This document shows, piece by piece, positions 36,301-47,864 of a stretch of 64,000 nt of DNA. Under the pieces are notes generated by a model. It was not told the origin of the DNA. It saw only the letters and a program-made list of their open reading frames with translations, and searched no databases. The position numbers and the translations under genes are program-made. Origin of the DNA: Raillietiella orientalis (Eukaryota); NCBI GenBank assembly GCA_036172245.1, contig JAYWIR010000011.1:4154001-4218000 (forward strand), written 5' to 3'. Numbering within the stretch: the first letter of the stretch is position 1; each line of letters starts with the position of its first letter.

Positions 36301-39300
36301 ATGCAGGCTGCAACGATTGGAGGAATCACACATGTCAAAGGGGACAACATTTCGTGCTTTTTCGAACATCTCAAATGGGCTTGGTGGCGCTTACTGAGAA
36401 AACACATAAGGAAAGTGAAAGAAAAAGACACCGTCACGTGTAGGATGGCGGGTGTTATCGATCAAAAGAAAAGGCATTGGTTTCTCGTGATCGTTCTACA
36501 AAAACATACATGGAACAGCTGACTTTTGATCTACACGGCTCCAAGGATTCCCGATAACCTACCGGGGGTCTTAATTTCATTAGGGATGATGCAGCGGATG
36601 AAGTGAGGCGAAGTGCTATGAAGCGTGGTCATCAGTTTGTTCAGCTGCTCCTGTTGCATGGAATATAAACATTTGTATCACAGGAATGTGGAGGCAAAAC
36701 AACAGCAGAAAAGAAAGACATTTTGAAGGAGCTTCTTTTCTGGTTCCTGGTCCTGGCTCAGAAACAAAAGCGTCTCACGTGCCAAAGTCTCATGTGCACC
36801 CCCGGGTGGCGTGGAACCGTGTTAAAGAGCTTCATGAGCCCCTAGGCGAACGGTACCTGAGTACTTAGCGAAACCAACAGAAGTCTCGAAAGTATACCAC
36901 AAGAAAGAAACCGCTTTTCCTTCTTTCCTCCTGCCTCCAGTCCTAGAGGAGAAGATCATATCTGGGTCTTTTGCAAAAACATCCCGAGTGCTGTTCAGGA
37001 ACCATTCGACGCCGTCGAGAATTCTGCAGCGCGCTGTTCCAGAAAAGAGAAGGCAGAGTGGAGGTCCAATCCAAGAAGGCACAGAGAGGAAAGACAGCAC
37101 GCGTTCAGATGCACCACACGTCGCCGATAGAAACCCGCACCCCTCCATCATCTTCGAAGCTCCAGAGCTCGTCTCTTGATGGATCTGATAGAGCAGAAGA
37201 TCCTTGGCGCAAGAGCCGAAAGCCCGGGCGGGAAGTGTCCCTCGAGATCTTACTTCACTCTCCTCGCTACCGAAACCAGAGGCAAGAATTGAACGCCGCG
37301 GGAGTGGTAGCGGGAGATGCATAGTGAAAGAGACCGGTCGTCCTCAAAGGGAACGATTACCCTTTCCGCTCCCGCCCCACTGCAGGGAGCGACAGGGAAC
37401 GTGCGAACGAAGGAAGTCGAGTGGGCATCTTGAGAGAGGATAGCAACAACACATGGTCGTTCACGAAACAGTAGGAAGACCCTTTCTTTGTCTTTTCGTC
37501 CAATGCCATCGCAGCCTGCTACATCGGAAGCACAGAAATTCATGAATTCTCATAGAAGCAGCATTTTCTGTGGAAATCGAAATCTTTTGAGAAGAGTGGC
37601 GAAGGACGGGAAAACTGGGTGGAAGGCGGGGAGCACTTACCCGATACAGCGCTGACACGGTCTGGAAGGCGGAACCTTTCTGGCGCTTGCCACCTTGGGG
37701 AGAAGAAAGAGAATCAGATGAGCCGGGTGCGTTCGAGGTCGCCGCAGCGCGAGCGGAAAGCACGCGCGTTTCGACGACGGACGCGGGAGAAAGCGAGCTG
37801 AGGTGGAGGTCTGCGGAACTCGACAACGCACCTTTGGCCTCCGCCGCTGGACCGCTTTGCCCAGGATGGTCGGCGAAGATCTCCACCAGCAGTTTGTTCT
37901 GACCTTTCTTGAACTGATCCACGACCGTGTCGTTCAGAGGGTCCTTGTTCTTTTCCAGCCAGCCAATCAAGTTGTAAGGAACCTGGGTCGAAAACACGCA
38001 TGCAGAGTTCCGCGCTCGTTCCGGTTTCGAACACGGAAGTGTCGACCCCCACGCGACCAACTTACCGTTCCAGCGTAGTGCACGATCGCGAACTGCGCTT
38101 CGGACTGACCAGGCTTCGGAGGTTTTGGCTTGATGAAGTTTGGCGATTTCCCTAAGTGGTTCGTTTTCAGCTTATCCTCGAAAGTCTTGTCGGTGGCTTT
38201 CGGGAACATGGACTCCTCCTCCAGGATCGACAGGATTCCCATGGGCTAAAAGTAAGTGGATGGCTTGCTTGCGAGCGAGGGAGAAAGGAGAGGGGGGGAG
38301 ATGTGTCGAGCGGTCTCCCGCGCGGTTGTCCGCCTCAGGGGTCCTCCCCGCTTTGCGACGAAGGTCGCACACTTGCGACCATCGCGACTCGAACTCGGGC
38401 AGGCATCGTTCCGAATTGATGGCGCCGTTTCGTGAAGAACCCAAACCTGGGCTTTCGATCGCTGTCTATGAACCGCTCGGGGTCTCGTCAAGTGGGAGAG
38501 AGAACACGGAAGAGAGCGAATGCTTCGCTCTCGGCCGTTTCGAGGATGATCGGGAACAAGTGTTCCTTTGTCTTGAGCACCGTGGTTCTGTGCCGCGCAA
38601 CTCTTTCCCCCGAGTGAGTTGGAGTCCATGGCTTCTCGAATCAGAGTCTCCTTGCTCGCCATCCCTCCGCACGCACCCGGAAAGCGAAGTGGAGCATCCC
38701 AGTATTTTGGCAAGAGGAAGAATCGAGACGTGAAGTATCTGCTGCAAATCGGATGAGGAGACTCAAGAGTCAGCAGAACATGGATTCATTTCCAGAGCCT
38801 CAAAGCATGAATCTCAAAGACCCATGCTGTGGGGCTTGTTGTCGTCGATAACGATCCTGTTTGGTACGGGTTCGGCAGAGATAGGGCGGACTGCAGCGGA
38901 ATCAAACGACGTGTGCAAGTTGGCGCGCGATTCGAATCGAAACAAAGTAACGGGATTGGTAGGCGCAGGGTCCTTAAACGAGGGCTGCGTCAGAGGTCAG
39001 CGCTTCCCGCAAAGCCTGCGAATAAGCCGTTTCGGTCGCGGAGGGAGGCTTCGTTTTTCTAACCGTCTTTCGCGGAACCAACCTTTTCGATTAGGTCGAT
39101 GCACGCCTGCAAATCCATTCCGAAGTCGATGAACGTCCACTCTATGCCTTCCCGCTTGTACTCTTCCTGTTCGAGGACAAACATGTGGTGGTTGAAGAAC
39201 TGCTGCAACTTCTCATTGGTGAAGTTGATGCACAGCTGCTCGAAGGAATTGAACTGCAAATATGAGAAGGACGGTAGGATACAGTCGAAACGTCCCCATT

Positions 39301-42300
39301 GGCTGAGTGCAGGTGGCAGGCGGACACTCGTCCGTGGATTGGGGAGAGAGTCGCAGCAAAGTGGTCAGTGGACCCGAATCAAGTAGGAGGAAGGGGAAGC
39401 GATTCGAGGTCGATGGGGTCGCTGAAGAATGATTTTATTCCATCCAGCTTCTTGGATTAAGATGCGAGCCAAGAAGCAGGATGCATTTCTTCCCTGAATT
39501 TTTGTTCATTACTTGTAGTGGATCTTTTAGATGAAAAGGGGCAGCTGTAAGAAAAAAGAAAGGGAAGCAGGAAAACGAAAAATCGATCGAGGAACCATGT
39601 CCACCAAACACCAAGAGCAATCCTTGGAAACTGGCTCTGTTTACCTTCCCAAAAGAGGAAGCGGTCTTGTACAAACTATGGTCAGAGAGTCTGGAGCGAT
39701 TAGAGCGTTCTTTGACTGGTGAGAAAAAGGAAGGAATGTTACCCAAAGAGTTGGAACGGTACTGAAGCGGAGGAGGAGAGGGAAGGAAGGCCGGATAATG
39801 GAAGTCGGTTCCCCTCCCCTGAAAGCTCCGACGACCTATCGCCGTCATTTCGAGGTCATCTTTGGGAACGGGAAGCCGTGCTGGTCCCCACAAAGAGTGG
39901 CACAGAGGGATAGCCCACGGCCCTTACGTCGAAAATTTCGAAACCGGCGATATCCAAGACTCCAATGAAGTGCTGCTTCTTCGACTGGGTTTCCAAGGTT
40001 TCATTGCACTTCTTCACCAGCCATTTAAACAGGCGATCGTACATGGCCTTGGAGAGGGCGCCCACGGAGTAGTGGACTTGGTCCTTGTTCCTCCCTTGGG
40101 TGACAAATTCGTTTCCGACTTTGATTCTCGGCTTGAGTAAATTCTTGTATAGATCTTGTCCTTCGACGCCCAGGAGCGTTGCGACTCTCTCTCCTTCCTG
40201 AAAGGGGAAAGGTGAAAGGAAAAAGAACGATTTCATTGCTGTCTCCACTGATGGTGGCAAGGAAGAATCGAAGGTGCGACTTACAGCAGTGCCGTCTGCT
40301 TCTGCTTGTTCCTCTCTTCCTCTCTGCTTGAATTTCATTTCCCCCATGTGCATGGTAGATGCGGTAACCTTGTAGATGTTGTCTTTCTCCTCCTGCGAGA
40401 ATCCCAAGACGTCGAATGCTTTCTGAAAACGACAGAATGAGATCAGTCGACCGCGCTCCTGACGGGTGCGATGTGAGCTGGAACGAAGATGCACGCAGCG
40501 CTTTCTCCCCTCTCCCTCACACCTCTTCCTCCGAGGTGCACCCACATAACTTTCGGAGCAAGAGTGCTTCTGAAGTTTAGTGTAGCAAACAAGACTAGCA
40601 GAGTTGCCTAAAGAGAGGCGAAGATTTCGGCCTTCAAAAAGCCAATCCGTCCAATCTGCCCGAATCATTAACAAAGACCATTCATAAAGGAATCATAGGC
40701 GATGACTTTTAGCCTCCGGGCAACTGGAACCTCTGTCGAGCCTTGAGATGCGATATCGAAAAACATCGAGAGTTCCGACATTAACGGCAGTCTTTTCCAG
40801 GGGTCAATTCAGCATGGTCATTGCGTTGGTGACTGGTACCGTGCAAAAAGGCGATGGAAGGAAGCAGTAGCAGCCTTGCCGCATGATCAACAATAATCCA
40901 GTAATGGTGCAAGTATGTCTTTAAAAGTTCCCGTGAAGAAGGTTGATGAGCACTGGTTGCTCTGATCCGAAAATAGGAAGGCTGGCATCGTCGCTCTTTC
41001 GCCCACCTTTCAAAAGACAGCAGCAGCCCCACAAAAGTGCAGAAAGCACAAAAGTCCCTCTAGGTATTTCGCTGTCTATCAATCACCAATGAAGAACTGT
41101 GCAACTCACTGCTCTACGAAAAGACTACGGTGCTGACCCATCCAACCAGTAAAGGACCTACTCCTCCTCCATTTCAGTGAGTGAGGAAGATGTGTAATCC
41201 TTTGCTTTGTTTTGTTTCCTGTTTTCATTGCTTTCCTTCAATTTTTTTTGCGGGGGACTCGCTAAGTGCTGAAGAACAGTTCGCTTCCTTCGGGGTGGCT
41301 CAGGAAGCTCTTTGGCACCGCCCATGCCTCCTAAGGGTGCGTGTAACTCCATCAGTTAGAGGGACACTCCGGTAGAAAACCACCCTATGAATCCAGGAAG
41401 GACTCCAGAGAAAGGCGTCCGTTCCTCTTACGCTTGATAGAGAACCCCGAAGAAAACCCTCGCCCTGGTTGTCTCCGAAGGGAACCTGCAGGGGAACAGC
41501 TCCTCGTTTCCTCTTCTGAAGAGAACTCCGAAGGGATGCTTCCCAAGTTCTCTGAAGGGCACTTCCCAAAGGGAACAGCGCGCTTCTTGACACACTGGAG
41601 AGGTATAAATCCATGGTACGAAATGGAGGTTTCCCCCCTCGAGTGAGTAACGGCTTTTCTTTCACAACCGGGGGGGGGGGGGAACCTCGAAGAAAACCGG
41701 TCCCTCGATTCCTGGAGGACACCGGAGGATCGACTTCCCAAAGAGGAAAGTCCGTTTTCCGTCTTCCACCAGTGCCGCAGTCGAGGCCCGTGGGGCAACC
41801 AGAGTCATCCTGGTGGTGGTTGGGGCTCGAAACCCGCGATGCACCCCCCATTTCTTGGAGTGGATCCTGCACGTGGGGGTTCGAACTCGTAACGATTGGT
41901 ACCACTCGTGGAGACCGCGGGCACACAGCCGCCACCGCGAGCTCGACCGATGCCATTCCTTATACCGGGAGAGCGCAAGACGGAACACAAGGTCTTACGT
42001 CCAAAATTCCGCTCGCAGTCCTTCCAGATCTCCAGCACTGCTCTTAGAGTCCCTCTCTTTCTCGTCGGAACCCTGACGACTTCCCACCTCCATCATCACA
42101 TTTTATGATCACTTGGGCACTGCGTTCATCGGTTGCATTTCCCTTCCATCCCGCATGACCTTTCGTCACGCACATCGACACCGAGAACCTGTTTCGCACC
42201 GGCTAGATGATCCCAGTTTCACGTCTTGGAAAATGGGGAATCCTCACTAGCAAAAAAAGATGCGCTAACACCGGCATGAAAGAGAGAGATGAATTGGCGG

Positions 42301-45300
42301 ACGTGAACGCTGGCTACGATCATTGATCGATTCCTTTCGCTTCCTAGAAGAGGTGGAGGTCGCAGCCGAATGATGAGGTAGCTGAACCAAGTAAACATAC
42401 GAGGATAACTCGACTTTAAGAATTCCACAAAGAGGTCCTTTCCTCGAACACCTGGACATTTTCTCGAGGCGCGAGGTCTCGCGGTTTGGGTCCGTAGGCA
42501 TGGCAAAGGGGTAGAAATGCAGAGCCGAAGTGAACTTTCGCACCCCAGAGTTGAGTGCAGACGCGTTGCACTACGGTGAAGGGGAGATTCGAGATATAAG
42601 GAGAGTTGCCCCTGTGATGTACGCGAAAAACCCCGAAGCATGAAAACGTTGCACGGAATCCACCGAGATGGAGAGGAACCGCGTGTTACCACGAGCTGCT
42701 TACATCAGTTATGAGGAGTTCTTCTCCGTCGTCCACGTTAGGGATCGTGGTCTTTCCCTGACTGCAGTGATGGTAATCATGGATGTTGTCCGACAGCAGC
42801 AGCATCTCTAGGAGAGGACACGAGGCATGAAATTCTCGGTGATGCGCAGAGAGGTTTACTTTTCAGGGTGGGTATGGCACCGGACATAATCTGGTAGAAT
42901 ATGTGGTAGGATCTCTCTAAGCTTTGCTGGGAGATCACACGGGCCTTTTCTAGTAGATCTGCAGGTCGATTAAGCAAAAAGATGGAACCGTTTTCCCTCT
43001 CTCCTCTACTTACAAACTTCGATGTCTGCTCCTGCTAATTTTCCGGAAGGGCTGAAGTGGATTCGGATAAATTTACCCTGATGGGATTAAAGGAGCAAAG
43101 AGTGTCAGAACCGTAGACGACCTTGGTTACTCACGAATCGAGAGGAGTTGTCATTCCTCACGGTCTTTGCGTTGCCGAACGCTTCCAGGACGGGATTCGT
43201 TTGAACTACTTGATCTTCGAGAGTTCCCTATGCAGAGTTGAACGTGTGGGTTATATCTTAACGTTAATGGGAACACGGATGCTGTGTTATTTTCTAGTTC
43301 ATGGTAACAAGGATTAACTTCCTTTTCCAGAGTTAGCTTTTCCTCAGGGTGGGAGCAACGCACGTTTGCGTTCTCGCAGGTTAGTTGCAGAATGACGCTG
43401 TTAATTCATGTTCAACACCCAAGATGCACGAAAGCGTTAGTAATCAAATTCCATGCGGTTAAGGCTTTTGGTTCCGTGGCGGCTGCGAGACGCCGTCAAC
43501 TTGCTGGCGATCACAGTGGATGATGGTTCCACTTTGAAAGATCCAGGAGGACGGACGGACGGGAACAGAAACTGAGACGCACAGAAGACAAAGGGGAACA
43601 CAGACTGTTTTTCAACAGGAGCGGCCATCGGATGGGAGGGGTGGTGTGACCAGACAAGATGCCTGACATGTAGGGATCTCAGGGGCGCGGGTGCGGAGCT
43701 TGAATTTCGAAAAGAGGAAAAACGTACACTGAAGGCTGGAACGAGGTAACTCTTCAGACCAGTTCCTTGAACAAGGAGGAAGGTGGAAAAACAGAAACGA
43801 ATCTATGCAAAGAAGCCCCAGGAATTCACTGTCTTCGATGTGAATCCCGTAAGGATGCTCTACACGACTTGCCAAAGGTTCTCCCTTTTTTTTTTTTTTT
43901 TTTTCTGGCTCCAGTCTCTGATGAGCCGAAAAACAAGCTGTGCAAGTTTTGCGGGAGGCATTCCGCTCAGCCATTCTCGCCAACTGAGAAGGCGTCGAGA
44001 GCGTGACACACGGCAGGAGCAACTGCAGCAGGAAGAGGATTTCTCTTCGTTTTCCTAACCTTGTTCGACGACTCTTCGGTTTTGTGGCTGCGAGCACCTA
44101 CGTTCGCGAAATAGGATATGACTTTCTTAGTGTTCTCGGTCTTTCCTGCTCCAGATTCCCCTCTGAAGAAGCAAACCATTAGTTACTGAAAGAAGGCTGG
44201 AAGTCAACAAAGGTAGGAAGGAGAGTGGAAAACGAGAAAAAAAAATAAAATGCATTCCAGTGGAGTCGGATGCGGCAGCATCGGCGTCTTCAGTGTAGAT
44301 CGGTTGCACTCGGAGCCATTAGAAACCTCCAGCTACCAGCAGCACGCTGATTGAGAATGAATCGAGAAAGGAAGAGAGAAGAGAGAAACCGCATCTCTTA
44401 GCGCTCCGATCGCCGGACTTCGAGTTAGGCAGGCTGGATTTAGAGCCATCCTTGGACAGAGCATTCGGAAACAAACCAAGTGGAAGAGAAGCAGCAGAGT
44501 AGGCGGCAGCAGCAGCAGCAGCAACAACACAATCCATGAAAATACATCCGTTCACTTACTCCTCCTGCCATCAACATCGGTTTCTTGTCTCTAGCGGCAA
44601 TGTTGGCAAAGTACTGGATTACCTTCTTCGTGTTCTCCGTCTTACCTGCCCCGGATTCACCTCTGGAGGCAGACGGACTCAGTTCCTCGAGGCATGTGTA
44701 CACGTTCGGTAGCAAAAACCAACCCCAACGAGTCCCCACCCACCCCATCGGGAAGAACTTACATCCCAGCTTGCTGATGCCGGATGCGTTGCCGGATCCA
44801 GCAAGGAAAAGGGGGAAAAAAAGTTCTTTTGAAGGCGGGCAAGAGGAGGGCGGGGAACCAAGAAAAGAAAAAGAAAGGAGAGGAAAAAGAAAAAAGCCAC
44901 TTACGTAATCAGCATGGACTGATTCTCGCTATCTGAAAATAGGGGAAAGAAGGATGCATTTAGTAGACTGTCAGCAGTGGGTGCAAGTGTTTTTGTGTGC
45001 GTGCGCGCTGCGGCTGTCTGGACCTGTGTTTCGAATACGAGAAGAGTGTACGCAGATGGTGAGGCAAGTCCCCACCTGAGACCTTCCTGCGAGCACATCC
45101 TCACCTGGAGAGGGTGAGCGCGCGGAGGACAGAAAACGAACAGCCCCTGTTGCTCAGCTTCATCTCCCCGTCCCTCGTGGGCGAGGCCCAGGGAAAAGGA
45201 AAACCCCTTGGCAAAGTGCCGAGCGCGATGGTTTTTGCGAGTTATTTCGCGTCACACGTGAGTGCCCGCGTTCGCGTGTCCATGGCTTCTCAGCGGGCCG

Positions 45301-47864
45301 ATCCCGGTGCTTCTTCCAGGACAAGAGCGAGGTTGACCGAACGGCGCGGGAGACCAACACCTCAGCCTGTCCGCTCCACTTTTGACCGACTTGCATCGGG
45401 TTCGAGGTTCAGCCCGGCCCTGCGGTGGAAACCGCGTCCGGGCGCAGCACCGAGCCCGGATGGGCAAACAGACTCGCGTCTTCTCATTGAGCGCGCAAGC
45501 CTTCCCTAATCAGAGACGGAAGGAGAGCAGGCAAAAAAGCCGAGCGTGTTTCACGTGTGCGAGCACGCGCGCGCGCGCGCGCGCGCACGTGCGAGAGCGC
45601 ACGCGGGAATCACGGAACGGCAAACCAGTAAAGAGCTGCGCGCTCGAGAGAGAGAAACAAGCAGGAAAAAGAGAGAGAGAGAGAGAAGAGTGCAGCGAGC
45701 GTTTCCTCCCGGCGAAAAAGCTGCCGGGATCTCTTCCCCGAACGTTCCTCCCTCGATCAGCCAGTTTCCAAGACGAAACGCCTGCACGATTCGGTCTGCA
45801 TCTTTCCGGCGATTCCATTTACGGAAGCAGTTATTTCTGTACTTGAATGAGGAGCGACGGCAGCTACGGAGTTCCTGGCGCCATTTAGGGAGTCTTTTTG
45901 GCATGCGCCCCTACGATTCCTGGATCTTCCACGGATATGGTTGTCATTGACACGGTTGCGATCAACCTGCTGCCGCGGCGTGCGGGCAGCTCGCGTCGGC
46001 AGGTGCAGATCTTCAACAATGGAGGAACCGAATCGTCGCGCGCGCGCTCAGGTCGTCCAGGAAACGAGCAAACAAACAGGAGGGGATGGGGGGGGGGGGA
46101 TCAGAAGGAGGCCGATCTCCGTAGCCAGGCCTGTCAGGAAGGGAACGAGGGGGACGCGCGCGTATCCTGGACGCGAAGGGTTCCCTGGCGTCTATCTGCA
46201 CGCAGAGCGAAAGGGAAGCAGAGAAACGAGAAGGGTACGACCCATCTCCCAGAGAAACTCCAAGCTGCGCTGCCCCCTTTTTGCGCTGAGCCGTTCCGGG
46301 AGAGATTCGTTTCGTCTTTTTTTTTTTTCCTGCAGGGTGCGAGATCCCGCTCACGCCCTCATTTCCCAAATGCGGTGGATGCATCCCGGTGATGCCCAGG
46401 GGAAGTTCCAGGTTATTTCGGCACGGGGAAGACGGGCGTAGGCTGCTTTCTAAGGAGGGCGTCACTCCGGCGGGCTCGAAGGGAATCGAATCATCGTGAG
46501 AGATTCACTCTGAAGTGTGCGGGAAACAGAACAACAACAAAAAAAAAAAGAATTGAAAAAAAAATAAATAAACGCAAAGCGCTCGAAAGCTCTCATCTCG
46601 CAAAGTCTGTCCTCCGCGCGCTGGACCAGGAACCCGTAGAATCCGTGGAATGACCCGCGGCGACTGCATTTTTCGAAACGGGAGCGACAGGGAAGACTGA
46701 AAGAGAGCGGACATGGCTCCGGTTGCCATGGATCGCGCTTGCGCTTCGCTACATTGCGTTTATCCACATGAGGAGCCGCTGACGCGCGACCAAAGAAGAG
46801 AGGCCGAGCTCCTCACGGCGGCGACGAATATCCAAAGATCGGAAGACTCTAGGGAGCCCTCATGAGCAGCTCTCCCTTCCGTTGTGCTTGCGTTCCGGAG
46901 TGCGCTCTTTTCGGGATGGGGGGGGGGGGTGAGGGGCGCTTTCCTCCTTTGCATGGAAGGAAGGCGAAATGCTGGAGACCGAGGAATGGAAAACTCGCAA
47001 CCCGGCATCTTCTTTTCTTTTGTTTGTCTGTTTGTTTGTTTGTTTTTCGTGCTTTTCTTTGAAAAAAGATTGTCCCCTCCCCCTTCCCCCCCCCACACCA
47101 AAGAAAGCGAGCCGATAGAAGGTTGGTGAGGTGGTTTCCGCAGCAGGAAATGGGTGGTTATTTTTAGACCGGCAGGAGGAAGCTGCGGTGTCTTATCCCA
47201 TCTCACCTTGCTGCATGTTCACGTAGGCTCCATCGGAAATGGCAAAGATGTGAGGAGGCATCTCGTTCCTCCTTTTACCGCGGTACATCTGCACGACGGT
47301 GTTGGTATAGACGGGGAATCTCTTGTAAGGGTTGATTACAACGCAGAAGAGGCCCGAATACGTCTGGAAGGGCATGCCGGTCAGCTTGTTGGGCATTCGA
47401 AAGGGAGAGAGATGCTCACGTAAATCAGCTTGTTGTAATAGCGTTCCTTCAGGTTGTAGAGCACCGACGCGTCGTTCAGGTAGGTCAGGTTGGCCATGTC
47501 TTCGCATTTTTCGAACTTTGGAGGATTCACTTGCTGCAGCTGGTCCTTCTTGAAGGTTTTCTCCTAGGGGAGGAAGAAAGGGGGAAAAAGCAAAGCAAAC
47601 AATCGTACGCTCGTCTATCTGATGCAGAATCCCTCAAAAATCAAAAGAATTCATTACGTCGCCGTTTGCCATGGAGACGACCGCTTGATCTCCCTTGATC
47701 GCTTTGATCTCTCCGAGGATGTATCCTTCCTTATCGTCTGGGACCCAGCACGCTTTCTTGGCATCGTACGGCTTAGATTGGTCGATCCGCTTTTGCTCAA
47801 GAGACACGAATAAAAAAGGAGTGGGGTCAGGATCGGGTCCTTCCTGCTTCTCGTAACCCGGCAT
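27323..47864 (-). CDS. Mhc: Muscle myosin II heavy chain, complete gene, about 1945 aa, with three mutually exclusive exon pairs
   Basis: Exons (high to low): 47864-47658, 47563-47420, 47363-47207, 44932-44905, [44662-44560 or 44162-44060], 43227-43135, 43077-43014, 42958-42860, 42807-42704, 40422-40285, 40197-39928, 39253-39083, 38245-38066, 37982-37832, 37693-37641, [36650-36563 or 36216-36129], 35781-35664, [35460-35343 or 33134-33017], 31997-31861, 31805-31679, 31603-31394, 31277-31149, 31084-30840, 30781-30580, 30508-30198, 30116-30038, 29878-29633, 29565-29369, 29315-28725, 28609-28468, 28411-28100, 28047-27703, 27601-27353 (or to the stop at 27323). The sum is 5838 nt in frame. Motifs: [45 protein letters not shown] and the coiled-coil rod. 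Confidence 0.98.
33017..33134 (-). CDS. Mhc: Mhc converter alternative exon B (GC donor)
   Basis: [39 protein letters not shown]; 118 nt; caag| ... AAG|gcacgt. Confidence 0.93.
35343..35460 (-). CDS. Mhc: Mhc converter alternative exon A (GC donor)
   Basis: [39 protein letters not shown]; 118 nt; aaag| ... AAG|gcatgt. Confidence 0.93.
36129..36216 (-). CDS. Mhc: Mhc post-loop-2 alternative exon B
   Basis: [29 protein letters not shown](G); 88 nt; cag| ... |gtaaga. Confidence 0.93.
36563..36650 (-). CDS. Mhc: Mhc post-loop-2 alternative exon A
   Basis: [29 protein letters not shown](G); 88 nt; cag| ... |gtaggt. Too short to appear in the ORF track. Confidence 0.93.
36799..36873 (+). mobile_element. 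SINE 3' fragment in an Mhc intron, antisense to Mhc
   Basis: CCCCCGGGTGGCGTGGA..GTTAAAGAGCT matches 8054-8086; ends GTACTTAGCGAAA like the other copies. Confidence 0.6.
41240..41950 (-). mobile_element. tRNA-derived SINE copy 2, uninterrupted, in an Mhc intron
   Basis: B-box-like GAGTTCGAACC at 41878-41888. Collinear with 7010-7509 plus 7955-8150. 3' end TTCTTCAGCACTTAGCGA followed by an A-rich tail. Confidence 0.75.
44060..44162 (-). CDS. Mhc: Mhc P-loop/loop-1 alternative exon B
   Basis: [34 protein letters not shown]; 103 nt; ttcag| ... |gttagg. Confidence 0.94.
44560..44662 (-). CDS. Mhc: Mhc P-loop/loop-1 alternative exon A
   Basis: [34 protein letters not shown]; 103 nt; ccag| ... 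|gtaagt. Confidence 0.94.
45563..45593. repeat. (CG)n alternating purine-pyrimidine tract in an Mhc intron
   Basis: gcacgcgcgcgcgcgcgcgcgcgcacgtgcg. Confidence 0.85.
47158..47167. promoter_or_regulatory. MEF2 consensus site in an Mhc intron
   Basis: TTATTTTTAG fits YTA(W)4TAR; 40 nt into the large intron after coding exon 3. Confidence 0.4.

Noticed and set aside
38246..39927. Second relay (exon 9-like) exon in the two 0.7-0.8 kb flanking introns
   Set aside because: No FNHHMF or QLCIN-like sequence found in any minus-strand frame by eye.
43315..43350. EEKLTLEKE resembling KGTLEDQ as an alternative exon start
   Set aside because: Similarity is limited to TLE, with no downstream NPVLEAFGN.
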